A DNA stretch of 64,000 nucleotides from a virus (taxonomy: Duplodnaviria > Heunggongvirae > Uroviricota > Caudoviricetes). Made by a program: the position numbers and the translations under genes. Position 1 is the first letter of the stretch; each line of letters begins with the position of its first letter. The stretch is taken from IMG/VR virus record IMGVR_UViG_3300046674_000485, positions 15,734-79,733 of that record; one strand, 5' to 3'. Below, piece after piece: positions 34,855 through 47,300 of this stretch. The notes beneath the pieces were generated by a model. The model did no database searches and had not been told where the DNA came from. It saw nothing but the letters and a program-made list of their open reading frames with translations.

Positions 34855-34995
34855 TTCTTCTTTCTTTAATTCTTATACCTCTCGTTGTTCCCACATGGAC
34901 GAGGGGTATTTATCCACAATCACCCGCACCCGTGCGGTGTATTGAATTTTCGGCCGTCGAATTGTGAACATGTAATCCACTGTTTCTGTGGATAA
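34855..34995. other. putative DnaA-dependent (plasmid-type) replication origin
   Basis: perfect DnaA boxes TTATCCACA 34910-34918 and TGTGGATAA 34987-34995 in inverted orientation; AT-rich TTTCTTTAATTCTTATACC 34861-34880; GCACCCGTGC palindrome. Confidence 0.55.
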
Positions 34996-35054
34996 CTTTT
35001 CGCAACACAATAACTGTTATGTCAAATTGGACCCGGAGAAGCTGTTGAATCGCC

Positions 35055-35100
35055 AATGAAAAAAGAGGGTCGCTTTTACCCCTTTCGGGAAGCGACCCTC
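35055..35100 (-). terminator. rho-independent terminator of the virion operon (minus strand)
   Basis: 11-bp stem GAGGGTCGCTT/AAGCGACCCTC; on the minus strand the hairpin is followed by TTTTTTCATT. Confidence 0.65.
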
Positions 35101-35116
35101 CATAAACTCTAACCCA

Positions 35117-35311
35117 ATGCTATTGCTCACCGTCGCCCTGGTCGCCTTCATCGGGTTCTTCGCCCTGTTCCCCGACAAGGTGCGGGCCATCAAGGATGGC
35201 TCCGGCACCGTCGTCGGGTGGCTGGTGGCGATCGGGGCGGCAGGCTGGGTGATCGGCGCGCTGCTGCAGCTGGCCCGCTACGGCACGATCACCACCCCCT
35301 GCTGCGGCTAA
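35117..35311 (+). CDS. possible small two-TM membrane protein, 64 aa (uncertain)
   Basis: ORF track; GC3-rich; weak RBS; convergent and stop-overlapping with the giant gene. Confidence 0.3.
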   Translation: MLLLTVALVAFIGFFALFPDKVRAIKDGSGTVVGWLVAIGAAGWVIGALLQLARYGTITTPCCG

Positions 35312-38300
35312 TAGATCGCCTTGGCGTTGTCGCTCTGCCGGTCGCGGATCGCCTGGATGCGGTCACGCTTCTCGGCCGGCGACGCGGCGCTGCGCTCGAT
35401 GTCGTGGATCGACTGGTTCGCCTTGGCCTGGGCCTGCTTGACGTGCTCCACCTTGGTGTAGCGCGCGAGCTCCTCGGCGTGGTCCTTGGCGAACGCCTTG
35501 GCGTCCTCGGCCTTCCCCTCCTTCATCAGCTGGCGGTGCGTGGCGTAGGCCTGCTCGAGCGCCTTGGCCTGCTCGTAGACCGAGCTCACGTACTTGGAGC
35601 TGGGCTCCGGCAGGCTGCGCACGATACCCTGGGTCACGACCCGCAGGTAGTCCGCCTCCGGCCGGGTCGGCTCGTTGGTCATCGGGCGGATGGCCATGTC
35701 CGCGCCCGACACCACGAAGGTGCCGAGCCAGCCGAAGTAGCCCTTCAGCAGTGAGTCGATCTGCACCGGGCTCAGGCCCTCGGCGCCGACCGTGCTGGTC
35801 ACCGAGTTGAGCGCCGTGCTCGCCGCGCGCGCCACCATGCTGGTGCCCGAGTTGTAGCGATACTCCGACTTCAGCTTCTCCATGCCGGCCGTCTCGATCG
35901 GGCGGCCGGTGAAGGCGTCCTTGTTCGAGTAGACGTCGATGATCGGCTTGACCGCCTGGGGGATCGGGTTCATCGACAGGTTGTCGCTGGCGATGTGCAG
36001 CAGCCGGTCGCGGAAGCGCGTGGCCGTGAACTCCTTGTTCGTGAACAGCTCCACGCCGCGCTCGGCCAGCGTCGCGATGGCGCCGATCTCGAATGGCTTG
36101 GGGATGCGGAACGCGGTGCCGCCCAGCTTGAACCACCAGAAGCCATCGCGGTCGAAGTCCTCGCGCTTCTTCCAGTCCTCGTCGTCGCCGTACGCGGCCA
36201 TCAGGGCGACCGACACCAGGGCGACGGCGCCCGTCACCATGGCGAAGCGGCGCGGATCCTCCTGGGCTGCACGGCCCAGCTTGTACAAGCCCTGCAGCCG
36301 GGCGTTCATGAACGGCACGACCTGGGTCAGGAACCGGATGCTGGCCCAGGTGCCCTGCATCGAGAAGTCCATCAGGTCGCGCGCCATCAGCGACGCCTCG
36401 GCGTGGCCGACGCCCTGCTTGCGCAGCTGGCTGTAGAGCGCCGAGCGGTTGATCTCTTCGCCGCGGTTGCCGATCTCGTGATAGGCCTGGACCGCCGGGT
36501 CGACGAACTTGTCGTAGAAGGCCTTCACCTTCTCCGGGTTGTTCAGGATCGTCGACTCCTTGACGCCGCGCTTCACCAGCTGGCGGATGCGCTCGGAAGC
36601 GTTGCCGTCCATCATGGTGCCGAATCGGATCAGACCGCCGCTGGCCAGCGCGGAGACGTACTCCTGGCTGTCGCGGGCCGAGTGCTTCAGGCCGTCGGCG
36701 ATGTTCTTCACCGGGTTGTAGGAAAGGCCGCTCGTGCCGATGGCCTGGATCGTGTCGCGGATCAGGTTGCGCACCTTGAACGCGGGCGACGCCGTCACGC
36801 CGGCGGTGAGCCAGTGCTTCATGGTCGACAGCGCGTCCATCAGCGGGCCCTTCAGGCCGGCGTATTCCAGGCTGTTGATCGCGGCCAGGACGTAGGGATC
36901 CTCGACCAAGAAGTGGCGCTGCTTGCCGCCATCCATGAACCAGACGACGCCGTTCTTGTTGCCGGTCGACTTGCCCATCTCGCGCACGGCATCCTCGCTC
37001 GCCTCGATGGCGACGCCGACGTTCTGCGCTGCCTCGAGGGTCGCGCGCGCGGCGCGGTTCTTGGCCGCCGCGTCGATCAGGTGGGACCAGTTCTGCAGCG
37101 TGTTGGACAGCAGATCGGAGCTGAGCTTGTCCTTGCCGCCCTTGAGCTTCTTGAAGGCCTGCTGGCGTGCGATGCCGCCCTTGATCTTCGAGCCCATGAA
37201 GGCGCCATCCTCTTCGCTCACGCGGTAGAAGGGCACGTAGAACTCGCTCTCCCAGAACTTGCGCGCCTCGCCGTCGATCAGGCCGCTCTGCTCGGCCATG
37301 TCCATCGTGTTCTTGTTGAACTCGTTGAACTTCTCCAGGCTGTCGCGGTAGGCCGCGGCGCGGTCGGTGGTCGTGCTGCCATCCTGCATCGTGTACGGGC
37401 GGGCCAGCTGGCCGTCGGCGAGCGACTTGCCGGCTGCGATGTCCTCGGCCGTGAAGAGGTGCTCGCGGTCTTCCTTGGACAGCTTCTCGGCGCGGTTGGC
37501 CGCGATCCACTGCATGAAGTCCTCGAGCTCGGCGCCCAGCGGGTTGCCGACCTTTTCGATGAAGCCGCCCGTCATGTCGGCGTCGTAGGCGTTGTCCACC
37601 AGCTTCAGCTTGCCGTGGTGCAGCAGCGCCTCGAACGCGCCGGCCGCACCCTTGGACAGGCGCGCCAGGGTGTAGGCCTCGCCGCCGAGATCCTTCAGCG
37701 GGCGGAATTGGTCGACGAGGCCCTGGGCCATCTTCTTGCCGATGTCCTGGCGCGCCTCCTTCAGGCGCTCCTTCAGGCTCTTCTCTTCGGTCGTGCGGCC
37801 GATGTTGCGGAACATCGCCTCCTGCTCTGGCGTGTAGGCGCGGCCGCTGTGGCCGGTCGTGCGCTCCTTCGAGAACAGCGGCGCGCCGCCCTCGAGCTGC
37901 TCGCGCATGGCTGGGGTGATGTCGATGGCGAGCTGATTGGCTGCTGCAGCTGCAGAGTCTTCAACCTCCTCTGCAATCCTGTAGGTGCTCTCGCCATAGT
38001 CGTCATCCTCCTCGATGGCTGACAACTTGGCTTCGGCGGCGGCGCGGCTGTCGACCTCGGCAACCCAGTCGACATTGCCCGTGTCGTTCCAAACCTCTTC
38101 GATGATGTACTTGGTCTTTTTTGCGCCGACGCTTGTCTCGCCCACCTTCCCGCCCAGCTTTTTCGCGAGGTCGCGTGCCACCTGGGGGACGATGCCATCG
38201 TAGAAGGCCTTCATGCCTTCACCGCCGACTTCGAGCTCGACGCCGCTCAGGATGCGCTGGCTGTTCATGTCGCGCTTGGTGTCGAGCAGCTTGCGGGCGA

Positions 38301-41300
38301 CTTCCTTGCCGATGATGTCATCGAGCTCGCTGTCGCTTTCAACCTGCTTCTTGAACACGTTGGCGCCATCCTTGCGGGCGACCAGCGTCTTGTCATCGTA
38401 GTAGACGACCTGATCAATCTGCTTGCGCAGGCTGTACAGGTCGGCCGCCTGCTTGCCGTTGATGAAGGCCACCTTGTCGTAGTCGCCGCGCGCGGCCTCG
38501 ACCAGGGCGCGCTTCATGGCCAGGGCGACCCAGCTCTTGGTGTCGGCGACGAAGGGGCCGGCTGGCGCGCCTTTGGTGAGTTCCGATTCGCCATACGTGC
38601 GGTGCGCTTTCTTCAGCGCCAGGGCGTCGTCGTCTGCGTGCACGAAGCCGATGACGTTTCCGGCCACCACCACCTCGTAGGTGTCCTCGTCGTCCGTCTC
38701 GTCAGTGCTCTTGCGCACGGTGACATCGAGCTTCTTGGCGAAGCCGATCCTCTTGGCCTGCTGCCCCCAGTCGGACTGGATCTCGTTGACGAACAGCACC
38801 TTGTTGCCGTCGGCATCGGTGCGGTCGTCCAGGCGCAGATGCGCCAGGATGTTCTTCTGGTCCCAGTGGCCGGAGGTGTAGGGCTTTGGCCGGTCTGGCA
38901 GGCTCTTCATTTCCTTCACCGCGGCGACGTTCTCTTCGTCGGTGAGATCAACCCACCGCTTGCCGAAGAGGCGCTTGGCAATCGCGTCGGTCGTCGAGTC
39001 GTCCGGCAGCGTGATCAGCACCTCGCGGTAGTTGTCGCCGCCGGGCACGGTGTACGTGGCGTACTTGGTCTCGACGGTCTCGGGGCCGTACTTATTGACG
39101 GCGTCCTTCAGATGTTGCGGCAGATCGCGGTAGTCGATGTCCTCGCCATCGGGGTCGATGAAGTGGGCGGCATCGCCATAGTCATCCACGGCGATCTTGT
39201 AGCCGGTGCCGGCGAAGGCTTCGCGCATGGCTGCGTCCTTGCTTGGGTCGCGACCCAGCACGGTCTCGCCAACCTGCACGCCGTTCTCGTCGACCCAGGT
39301 GGCGAGCTCGTCCTTCGAGATCTTGTCGCGGCCGCGCATCTTGAGCATGTCGAAGACGCCCGACCACTCGAGCTCGTCGGCCTTCACGCCCATCTTGCCG
39401 GCGTTGGCCTTGAGCCACTGGGCCCAGGCCGGCGCGGCCTGCGTCGCGAGGCGCTCGGGCACGGCGGCCAGGGCGCTCGAGAGCTGGCTGTAGTAGATGC
39501 CGCGGTCGGCGCTGCGCTTGGCATCGCCCGCCTGCAGTCGCTCCCACGCCAAAGCAGCCGGGCCCGTCAGCGTTTTGGGGTCGACCTTTTCCTGCGTGCC
39601 CCACTTGCGAAGCCCGTACACATCAGGGCGACCCAGGCTCGGCACTCCCTGCGTCTTGTCCAGCGCGATGCCACCCTTCTTCAGGATGGCGGCCGCCCGA
39701 TCGAAGTCCATCTCGCCGCCGGCGGCGCTGTCATCGATCATGGTGCGCAGATCGGAGGCGATCTTCTTGTCGTCCGTTTCCGCGGGCCACTTGCCGGCGC
39801 GCTCCAGGCGCGACAGGTCGTTGGCCGCAATCTCGATCAGGTTGGGGCCCGACAGCACCTCGGTGCGGAATGGGCGCGTCGGCGCCAACCGGCTTCGCGG
39901 GTACTTCTTGTCGAGAGCTTCGAACGCGGCGAGGCGCTCTGGGCCCGCCGGGATCTCGTTGGCCGCGGCCCAGTCGGCACGCGACTCGCGGTCGGCGGCG
40001 GTCTGCAGCTCGTCGTCCCAGACTTGGCCGAACTGCACGTCGCCAGCCCCCAGCTTCACCCGGAACGCGTGGATCGCGCGCTCCTTGGTGGGGGCGTACT
40101 TGAGGTACGCGCGCGCCTGCTTGACGGCGCGCTCGGCCTCCTCGGCATCGCGTGCCAGATAGCCGTACAGGCCATTGCCCAGCGGGCGGATCTGCATGCC
40201 GCCGGCGCCCTCGCCCTTGCCGAGGTAGCCCGCATCGAGCTGATCGAAGTCGCTGCCGGCGTGGATGATGAGGTGCTCGCGCTCGGCGCTGAACTTCACG
40301 CTGGCGTCGGGGCGCATGAACTTCTCTTTCAGCTCGGCGCGGTGGGCCCACGAGATGGGCGTCAGCGTGCCGGTGAGGAAGCCCTGCTCGGCCTTGTCGT
40401 GCGCCCAGCGCTGCGGGGTCGCGAACAGGCTCGTGAGCGGCTTGGCGTCGTCGGTGGTGCCCACGTAGTAGACGACCGGCACGCGCTCGACGCCGGCCTT
40501 GGCCAGGGCCATCATGCGGTGGCGGCCCTCGTGGCCGGTGACCTTGAACGAGCCGCGCATCGGCGAGTCATCCTCGATCTTGCCCTCGAGGAAGATCTCC
40601 TGGCTCTGCTTCTTCAGCTCGGCCGCATCCAGGGGCGTCGCCTCGCTCTCCAGGCGCGCGCGCTCGGCCGCCGGGGTGGTGGCCGCCAGGAAGTCCTTCG
40701 GGCTCACCCAGCCGGCGTAGGCCTTGGTGCGGTTGTCGTCCTGGGTGTAGGCGTACTTCGACATCAGCTGGTCGATGCGGTCGCCATCCCAGGCGGCGCG
40801 GTCACGGCTGCGGGTGATGTCTTTCTTCGACGGGTCGAAGCCGCCGTCGTTGCCGATGGCCGACTTCACCTGGGCCGACTCGAAGGCGACGAAGACATCG
40901 CCATGCGTCGCGTCGCGGAAGACGACGCCGTCGTGCCCGGCGCGCTTGAGCTGCTCCCACAGGGCGCCCTGGGCCTTCTTGTAGTTGGACGCGTACTTGA
41001 TGACGTCCGGCCACTCCGCGTAGACCTTGGGATTCTGGATCGACAGGTAGACCGGGATGACCCGGCTGGCCGTGTTCTTGGGGACGTACTTGCCGCCCTC
41101 GAAGATGTGGCCCATGCTGTCGTTTTCGACGGCGTACTGGGATGCGCCCTCGGTGCTGTCGGTGAACCAGATGCCGTTCTTCGGCGCCTTGAAGGACTTG
41201 AAGTCGACGTCGGCCGAGGTGCCGGTGTAGACGACCTTGGGCTTGCCGTCAGCGTCGACGATCTTCGATTCGCGGAACCACGCCTTGAAGGCGGGCGTGC

Positions 41301-44300
41301 CAGTGCGATCGGCCGAGCGCGTAATGTCGGCCTGGGCCGGATCGAAGGCGCCGCTGTTGCCGGTGGCGCTCTTGATCTGGGTCGGATCGAAGGCGATGAA
41401 CTCGTTGCGACCGTGGTTCATCAGGCCGTCGTAGCCCAGGGCCTTCAGCTCGGCGACGTCATCCTCGGTCAGGAAGGCCGAGGACGTCTTGTCCGAGAGC
41501 ATCTTGTTCAGGCGGTCGAGCCGCTTGCCCATGCCGAGCACGCGAGCCACCACAGCCTTCACCTTGCCGACCGGGTCTTGGTCGATCACCAGCGGGTGCT
41601 TCAGGGACAGGTAGACCGGCATGACGTTCGCACCGTCGCGGCCACCGTAGACGGCTGCATAGCCGGGCGATGGGCTGAAGTAGAAGCCGTGCGTGTAGGT
41701 CGGCTCGCCCTTCTTCGCATCCAGGCTGAACTGCGAGAAGTCGCCGCTGGTGCCGTGATAGACGACGAGCGGCTTGCCCTGGTCGTCGACAACCTTGCTG
41801 TCGCCGAACCAGCGCTTGAACTCGGGGGTGCCGGTTACTCGGTCGCGGGAGAGGCGAGCTTCGCTGCCTGGACCTTGATCCTGGCCAGCTTCTCCGGATG
41901 CTCCCGGTTCACCTTGTCGAAGTGCGCCCGGGCCGCGGCCATCCGCTGCTCGCGCTCGGCCGGCGTCGGCGGCGGCACGCGTGGCCGCGAAGGTGTTCCA
42001 GTCGAGTTTTCCGTCATACGCTGCTCCGTCTTCGAGGTTCTGTTGAGGAATGCCCACCCGCTCCCAGAAGCCGCGGGCCTCGGTCACGATGTTGGACACA
42101 TCCAGGGTAACATTTTGTTGGCTGGCCAGCAAGGTTTTGATGGCGCGGACGCCGACGCCCTTGGAGCGCCCTTCCTTGTTGACCTCGATGTCGTAGAGCG
42201 CCTTGAGCTTTCCGTCCACGAACAGCAGATCGGTGTAGCCCAGGAACTCGCCGGTGGTCGGCTCGACCAGCTGCAGCTGGTACATCTTCTCGCGGCTCGG
42301 GTCCGCGGGGATGTAGTCGAAGCGCTCGGTCGGGTTGCCGTAGCCGATGAAGAGGTCGTGGCTGGAGAACTCCGGCGCGCCGGCCTCGTCGATCTGGGTG
42401 TCCACCTGGGGGCGCTCGATGGAGCGCTTGGCCGCCGGCAGGCTGCCCTGGCGCGCCTTCTCCGGCATGGCTGCGATGAAGTCCTTCATCGGCTTGTCGA
42501 CCTTGCGGTCGCCGGTGAGCGAGAACTCGACCGGCAGCAGCGCGGCCTTCTGGCGCGCGAAGCCGCGCTCCTTGGCCGACAGGGACTGGTCCAGGCCGCT
42601 GCGGAAATTGACCCAGCTGTTCTGGCCGCGGGTCTCCGACGTCAGCGCCCAGCGCGCCCAGGGGTTGGACGTGGTGGCCATGTGGTTCTTCCAGGCGGCC
42701 TCCTCCCCCTTCGGGCCGAACTGGGTCTCGCTCATGCCGTGCGCGAAGTAGTCGTGCACCGTGCGCAGCAGATCGTTCATCAGCAGCGGCGTGCCGTTGA
42801 CGTCCTCCAGGCCGGTCTGCTCGAGCAGCGGGTGGCCGGTGAAGTCGACGCCCTCGGGCCCGAACGACTCGGGGCCGGTGCCGTAGACGAACATGTGGTT
42901 GTTGTCGAGGATGTCCTGGCGCATGCCCTTGGAGTTGGCATAGGGCTCGCCGTCGCCCTTCCAGATCTCGACCTTGATCGGCAGCGCCTTGAACTGGGTG
43001 ACCAGCTCCTTGGCCAGCTCGGTGTAGGCGCGCTTGACCTGGGGGCGCTTCAGGTCGTTGTCGGGCAGCGCCTCGTAGGCGTCGCCGATCTCGCGCTGCA
43101 GGGCGGCCTGCTCGGGCGAGACCTCCGCGGCCTGTTCGAAGGCCTTGACCTTCTCCTGGCCGTTGAGGTACTCGGCTACTCGGCGCGCGGTTTGGCTTGC
43201 GGCCGACGGCCCTGGGGCAACGTCGCCACGAATTCGTTCGTATCCGATTGTTCCTTCACCGTGACCGTATGGCCAGAGGCGCGCAACCGACTGTTCAGAT
43301 CCAGAGCTGCTTTTTCCAAGGCGTTCAGCGGCTCGCTCGATGGCTTGCTTGAAGGCACTGATTTGTTCGTCATTGTTGACATCTCCAACGTAGTAAGCCT
43401 CGACGAAATCATCGCCGAACGTGAGCCCGTAGAGACCCGACTCGTCGATCACCTTCTGGATCTGCTTGGCGGTCAGCGCCTGCTTCAGATCCCAGCGATA
43501 CGACAGCGTCGCGTACGAGCCATCCTCGAACACGGTGCCCAGCTTGGCCGTCGTCGGCTTGCGCACATGCACCTGCTCTTGATTGAAATTATCCGCGAAC
43601 TTCGCCAGAGCCGCCAACACTTTGTTGGAGTCGTTGTCGGTGAACGTCACGGTCATGCCCAGCGACGGCTCCGAGGCGCCGCCGTACAGGCCGGTGCTGC
43701 GGTCGACCACCAGCTTGGCGGAGGTGCCGGCCATCAGGTGGCGCAGGCTGTCCGCGGCGATGTCCTGCAGCAGCGCGTGGGCGAACTTGTCGCCCTTGCC
43801 AGCCTTGACGTACAGCTCGGCGATGCCGGGGATGCTGTTGGTGGCGGCCGACAGGGTGACCGAGATTCGGTCCTTGGTGTCGGCGTTGGCCAGGATCCGC
43901 GCCTCGCGGTCGGCCGGGTTGTCGGCGATGGCCGAGTTGAACGACGTCGCGCCATCGGCGGCGAACGAGCCGGCGTCGGATCCCTCCCAGGCCATCGGCT
44001 CCATGCCGCCGGCCATGTTGAAGATCTCGTTGCGGGCCTCTGCGCGCGAGAGCTCGCCGGCCTTCACGCGGTCCCAGACGGCGCTGACCTTGGGGGCCAG
44101 CTGGCTCTTGCGGGCCGCCGGGAACAGTGCGCGCACCGCCTCCCAGGTGATCGACTGCATCTCGCGCGGCAGCACGTTGCGCTTGGCCGCCGCGTCGCGG
44201 TAGGCGTCGGCGAACAGGCCATAGCTGCCGCCGGCGCCGGTCTCGGCATTGCTGCCGGCCGTGCCGAAGTTGTCCTTGACCTCGGGCGTGTTGCCCGACA

Positions 44301-47300
44301 GCGCCTTCACCAGCGCCGCGGCGATCGCGTGCGTGTCGATGGTGACGTGGCCCTGCTCGCTCTGCGGCGCCACGATGTTGTTGTAGAAGTTGCGCACCTT
44401 GTGCTCGCCGCCGAGCATCTTGTCGATGTTCTTGACGGAGCCGCTGCGCAGGATCGAGACGGCCTTGCCGATGGTGCTGAAGCCGCCCCAGGTGATCGAG
44501 CTCTCGCCGTCGTCGTTCTTGGTGACGTAGTCGCCGAAGCCGCCCTCGGGCGTGATCAGGCGGTAGCGGCGCTCGAAGTAGGTCTCGTCGAAGATCCGCG
44601 TGAAGCGCGCGGCATCCTCGAGGTCCATGCTCTCGAGCGTCTCGCCCTCCAGGCGCTTCGCATCGGCGATCAGGCGCGCGCGGTCGTCGCGGTCCTTGAC
44701 CGTCTTGGCGGCGCCGACGTAGCTCTGCACCCAGGCGGTCATGTCCTTGGTCCACACCTCGCGGCCGCGGTTGCGGTTGATGTCGATGACGCGCTCGCCC
44801 AGGCTGACGTTCTTGAACCAGTCCATCTGCGGGCTGAGCACGGCCAGGACGCCGGCGGCTTGGCGCTCGGTGATGTCGTACTTCGTGGTCCAGTCGTTGG
44901 CGATGCGGTTGGCACCGTCGTACCAGAGGCGCGCGCGCTTGGAGATGTCGGCCGGCACGAGGTCGTGCAGCCACAGCAGGTTGTCGACGACGACCTCGTG
45001 GAGCTCGGCCATCAGCTTCTTCGGGTTGCCCTTGCCCGACAGCGTGTTGTAGGTGCGCAGGGCCTTGGCGATCGCGTCGACGTGGCGCTCGGAGGCGCGG
45101 ATGTCGTCGCCGTCGATGACCCAGTTCTCGGTGTAGCTCTTGTCCTCGGAGCCCTTCGCGCGCGGCACCGTGGTGCTGAGTTCGATGCGCGACTCGGGGT
45201 CGGTGAAGTCTTCGCGCTGGCGGGACTGGGTGATGTCGCCGGACGCGCCGTCGAACTCGCCGTTGTTTCCGGTGGCGCTCTTGATCTGCTCCGGATTGAA
45301 GGCAACCCAGTCGTCGCGGAGGTCGCCGAAATCCGTGTCGCTGTCTCGGATGACGATGCCATCGTTGCCGGCTGCCTGCAGCGCCTTGCGCAGGGCGGTG
45401 GCCGAGCCGGCCTTCTTCAGCGCACTCTCGAACGCGTCGTGACCCTGGTATTCCTTGGGGGACTTGATGGACAGGAAGACATCCATGACGCGCGCTTCGC
45501 CACCGCTTTCCTCGGCAGCATCCACCGAGAAACTGATCGCGGCGCTGCGTGCGTCGGAGTCGGCAAGTTCATGCTCGTCGCTGCTGGCTGCGGCGGCTGT
45601 GAACCATGCGCCGATGTCGCCAGGGTAGTCGGTGCCCTCGCGCCCGGTGCGGAACTCGGAGAGATCCACGGCGGTCCCGTGGTAAGCCACCAGCGGCTTG
45701 CCGTTGGCGCCCACCGCCTTCGAGTCGCCGAACCACTTGTCGAACTCGGCAGGGGTCTCGCGCTCGGCGCTGCGGCGCACGGCCATGCCCTCGGGGACGA
45801 CGGGCTCGCTGCCGGCCGCCACGAGCGCCTTGTTGATGTCGTCGCGGCCCACCAGGGTCGCGGTCGTGCCTGGGCCCTGCGGGTGGTCGTCGAAGGTGAG
45901 CGTCGCGCCGCGGCCGCTGGCCTTCGTGATCATGCCCTCATTGTCGCCCTTCTTGGCGCGCTGGCCAACGAGCTGGTCCTTGATGTGGCGGAGGTCGCCG
46001 GCCACCGCTTCAGGGCGATAGCGCTTCCAGAACTCGAAGGCGTCGTCGCTCAGCGAGATGGCGGGCTTGAGCTGCTTGCCGGCCTTCTCCTCGATCTGCG
46101 CGTACATCTGGCGCGCGATGCCGCGCTGGCGGTAGTCTGGATGGACGGCCGACTCCATGATGACGAAGTCGCCGTTCGAGTCGTTCCAGGCGTGGGCACG
46201 ACCGACGACGCGCTTGCCGACCTTGGCCACCGCGGAGTCTTTCATGCCGCCCTGCTCGACGACAACCGCCTTGCGCGCGGCGCTCTGCTTGGCCTGCTCG
46301 ATCTGCGCCTGCATCTCCGGCTGGCTCAGACCCTGGTCACGCACGTAGTCGGCCACCGCGGTGGTGAACGCGGCGCGGATCTCGGCCATGTTGTCGACCA
46401 GCTCGGCCGACTTGTAGTTGCCCTGGCGGATCGTCTTCGTCAGGCGCTCGAGCGCGCCGTTGATGAAGGCGGCCAGCTGGGCGATGATGCCCTGCGCCTG
46501 GGCGCCGTTGTCCTGGCGGATCTTGGCGAAGACGTCGTTCCAGAACGAGCCGTCGGTCATCAGGTCGCCGCCCAGGTCGGAGGTGACCTCCTCGAGGACG
46601 GAGCCCTGGTCGTAGCCCAGGTCGGTGTAGACCTTGCGGGCGCCGGTCTTCAGGCGCGCAGCCACGACCGCCTCGAGCGCAGCGTGCGCCTTCGGGTTGT
46701 CGGCCTTCAGCTGGTGCATGAGTTCGTGCCCGAACACGGCCAGCGGCGAGATGCCGGTCGCTTCGTTCAGGTAGATCAGGCCCGACGCGCCAGGGACGAC
46801 GAAGCCGTCGCCCACAGTGTTGCTCGGGTCGCTGAAGAACTCAACCTTCTTGCCGAAGAGCGCGCCGATGCCGCGCAGCATGGCGGCCTGGGCCTTGGTC
46901 ACGCGCAGCGCCTTGCCGCCGCGGGCAGCCGATGCGGTCTCGGGCAGCTCGCTGGCGCGCACGCGCTGGAGCTCGAGCTGCTTGCCGTTGACGTTGATGG
47001 TGAAGTGCTGGGCGCCCGGGGCGATCGGCTCCGGCGCAGTCATCACCACCGGCGCGGCCGGCTTCTTCGAGGTCTTCGGGTTCTTGGCCCAGGCCTTGAA
47101 CTCCTCGACCGTCATCTGGGTCACGGCGCGGCGGCGGCGCGGGCCCGAGCCATCGCTGAAGTGGGCGTCGTAGATCTTCTCGGCCTGGGCCTGGGTGGTC
47201 ACGCCGACCACAGCCTTCACCTCGTCGAACGAGCCGTCGTCGTTGTACTGGTCGAAGACGAACACCGGCGCGCCGTGGCGCGGGTTCGGCGCGACGTAGA

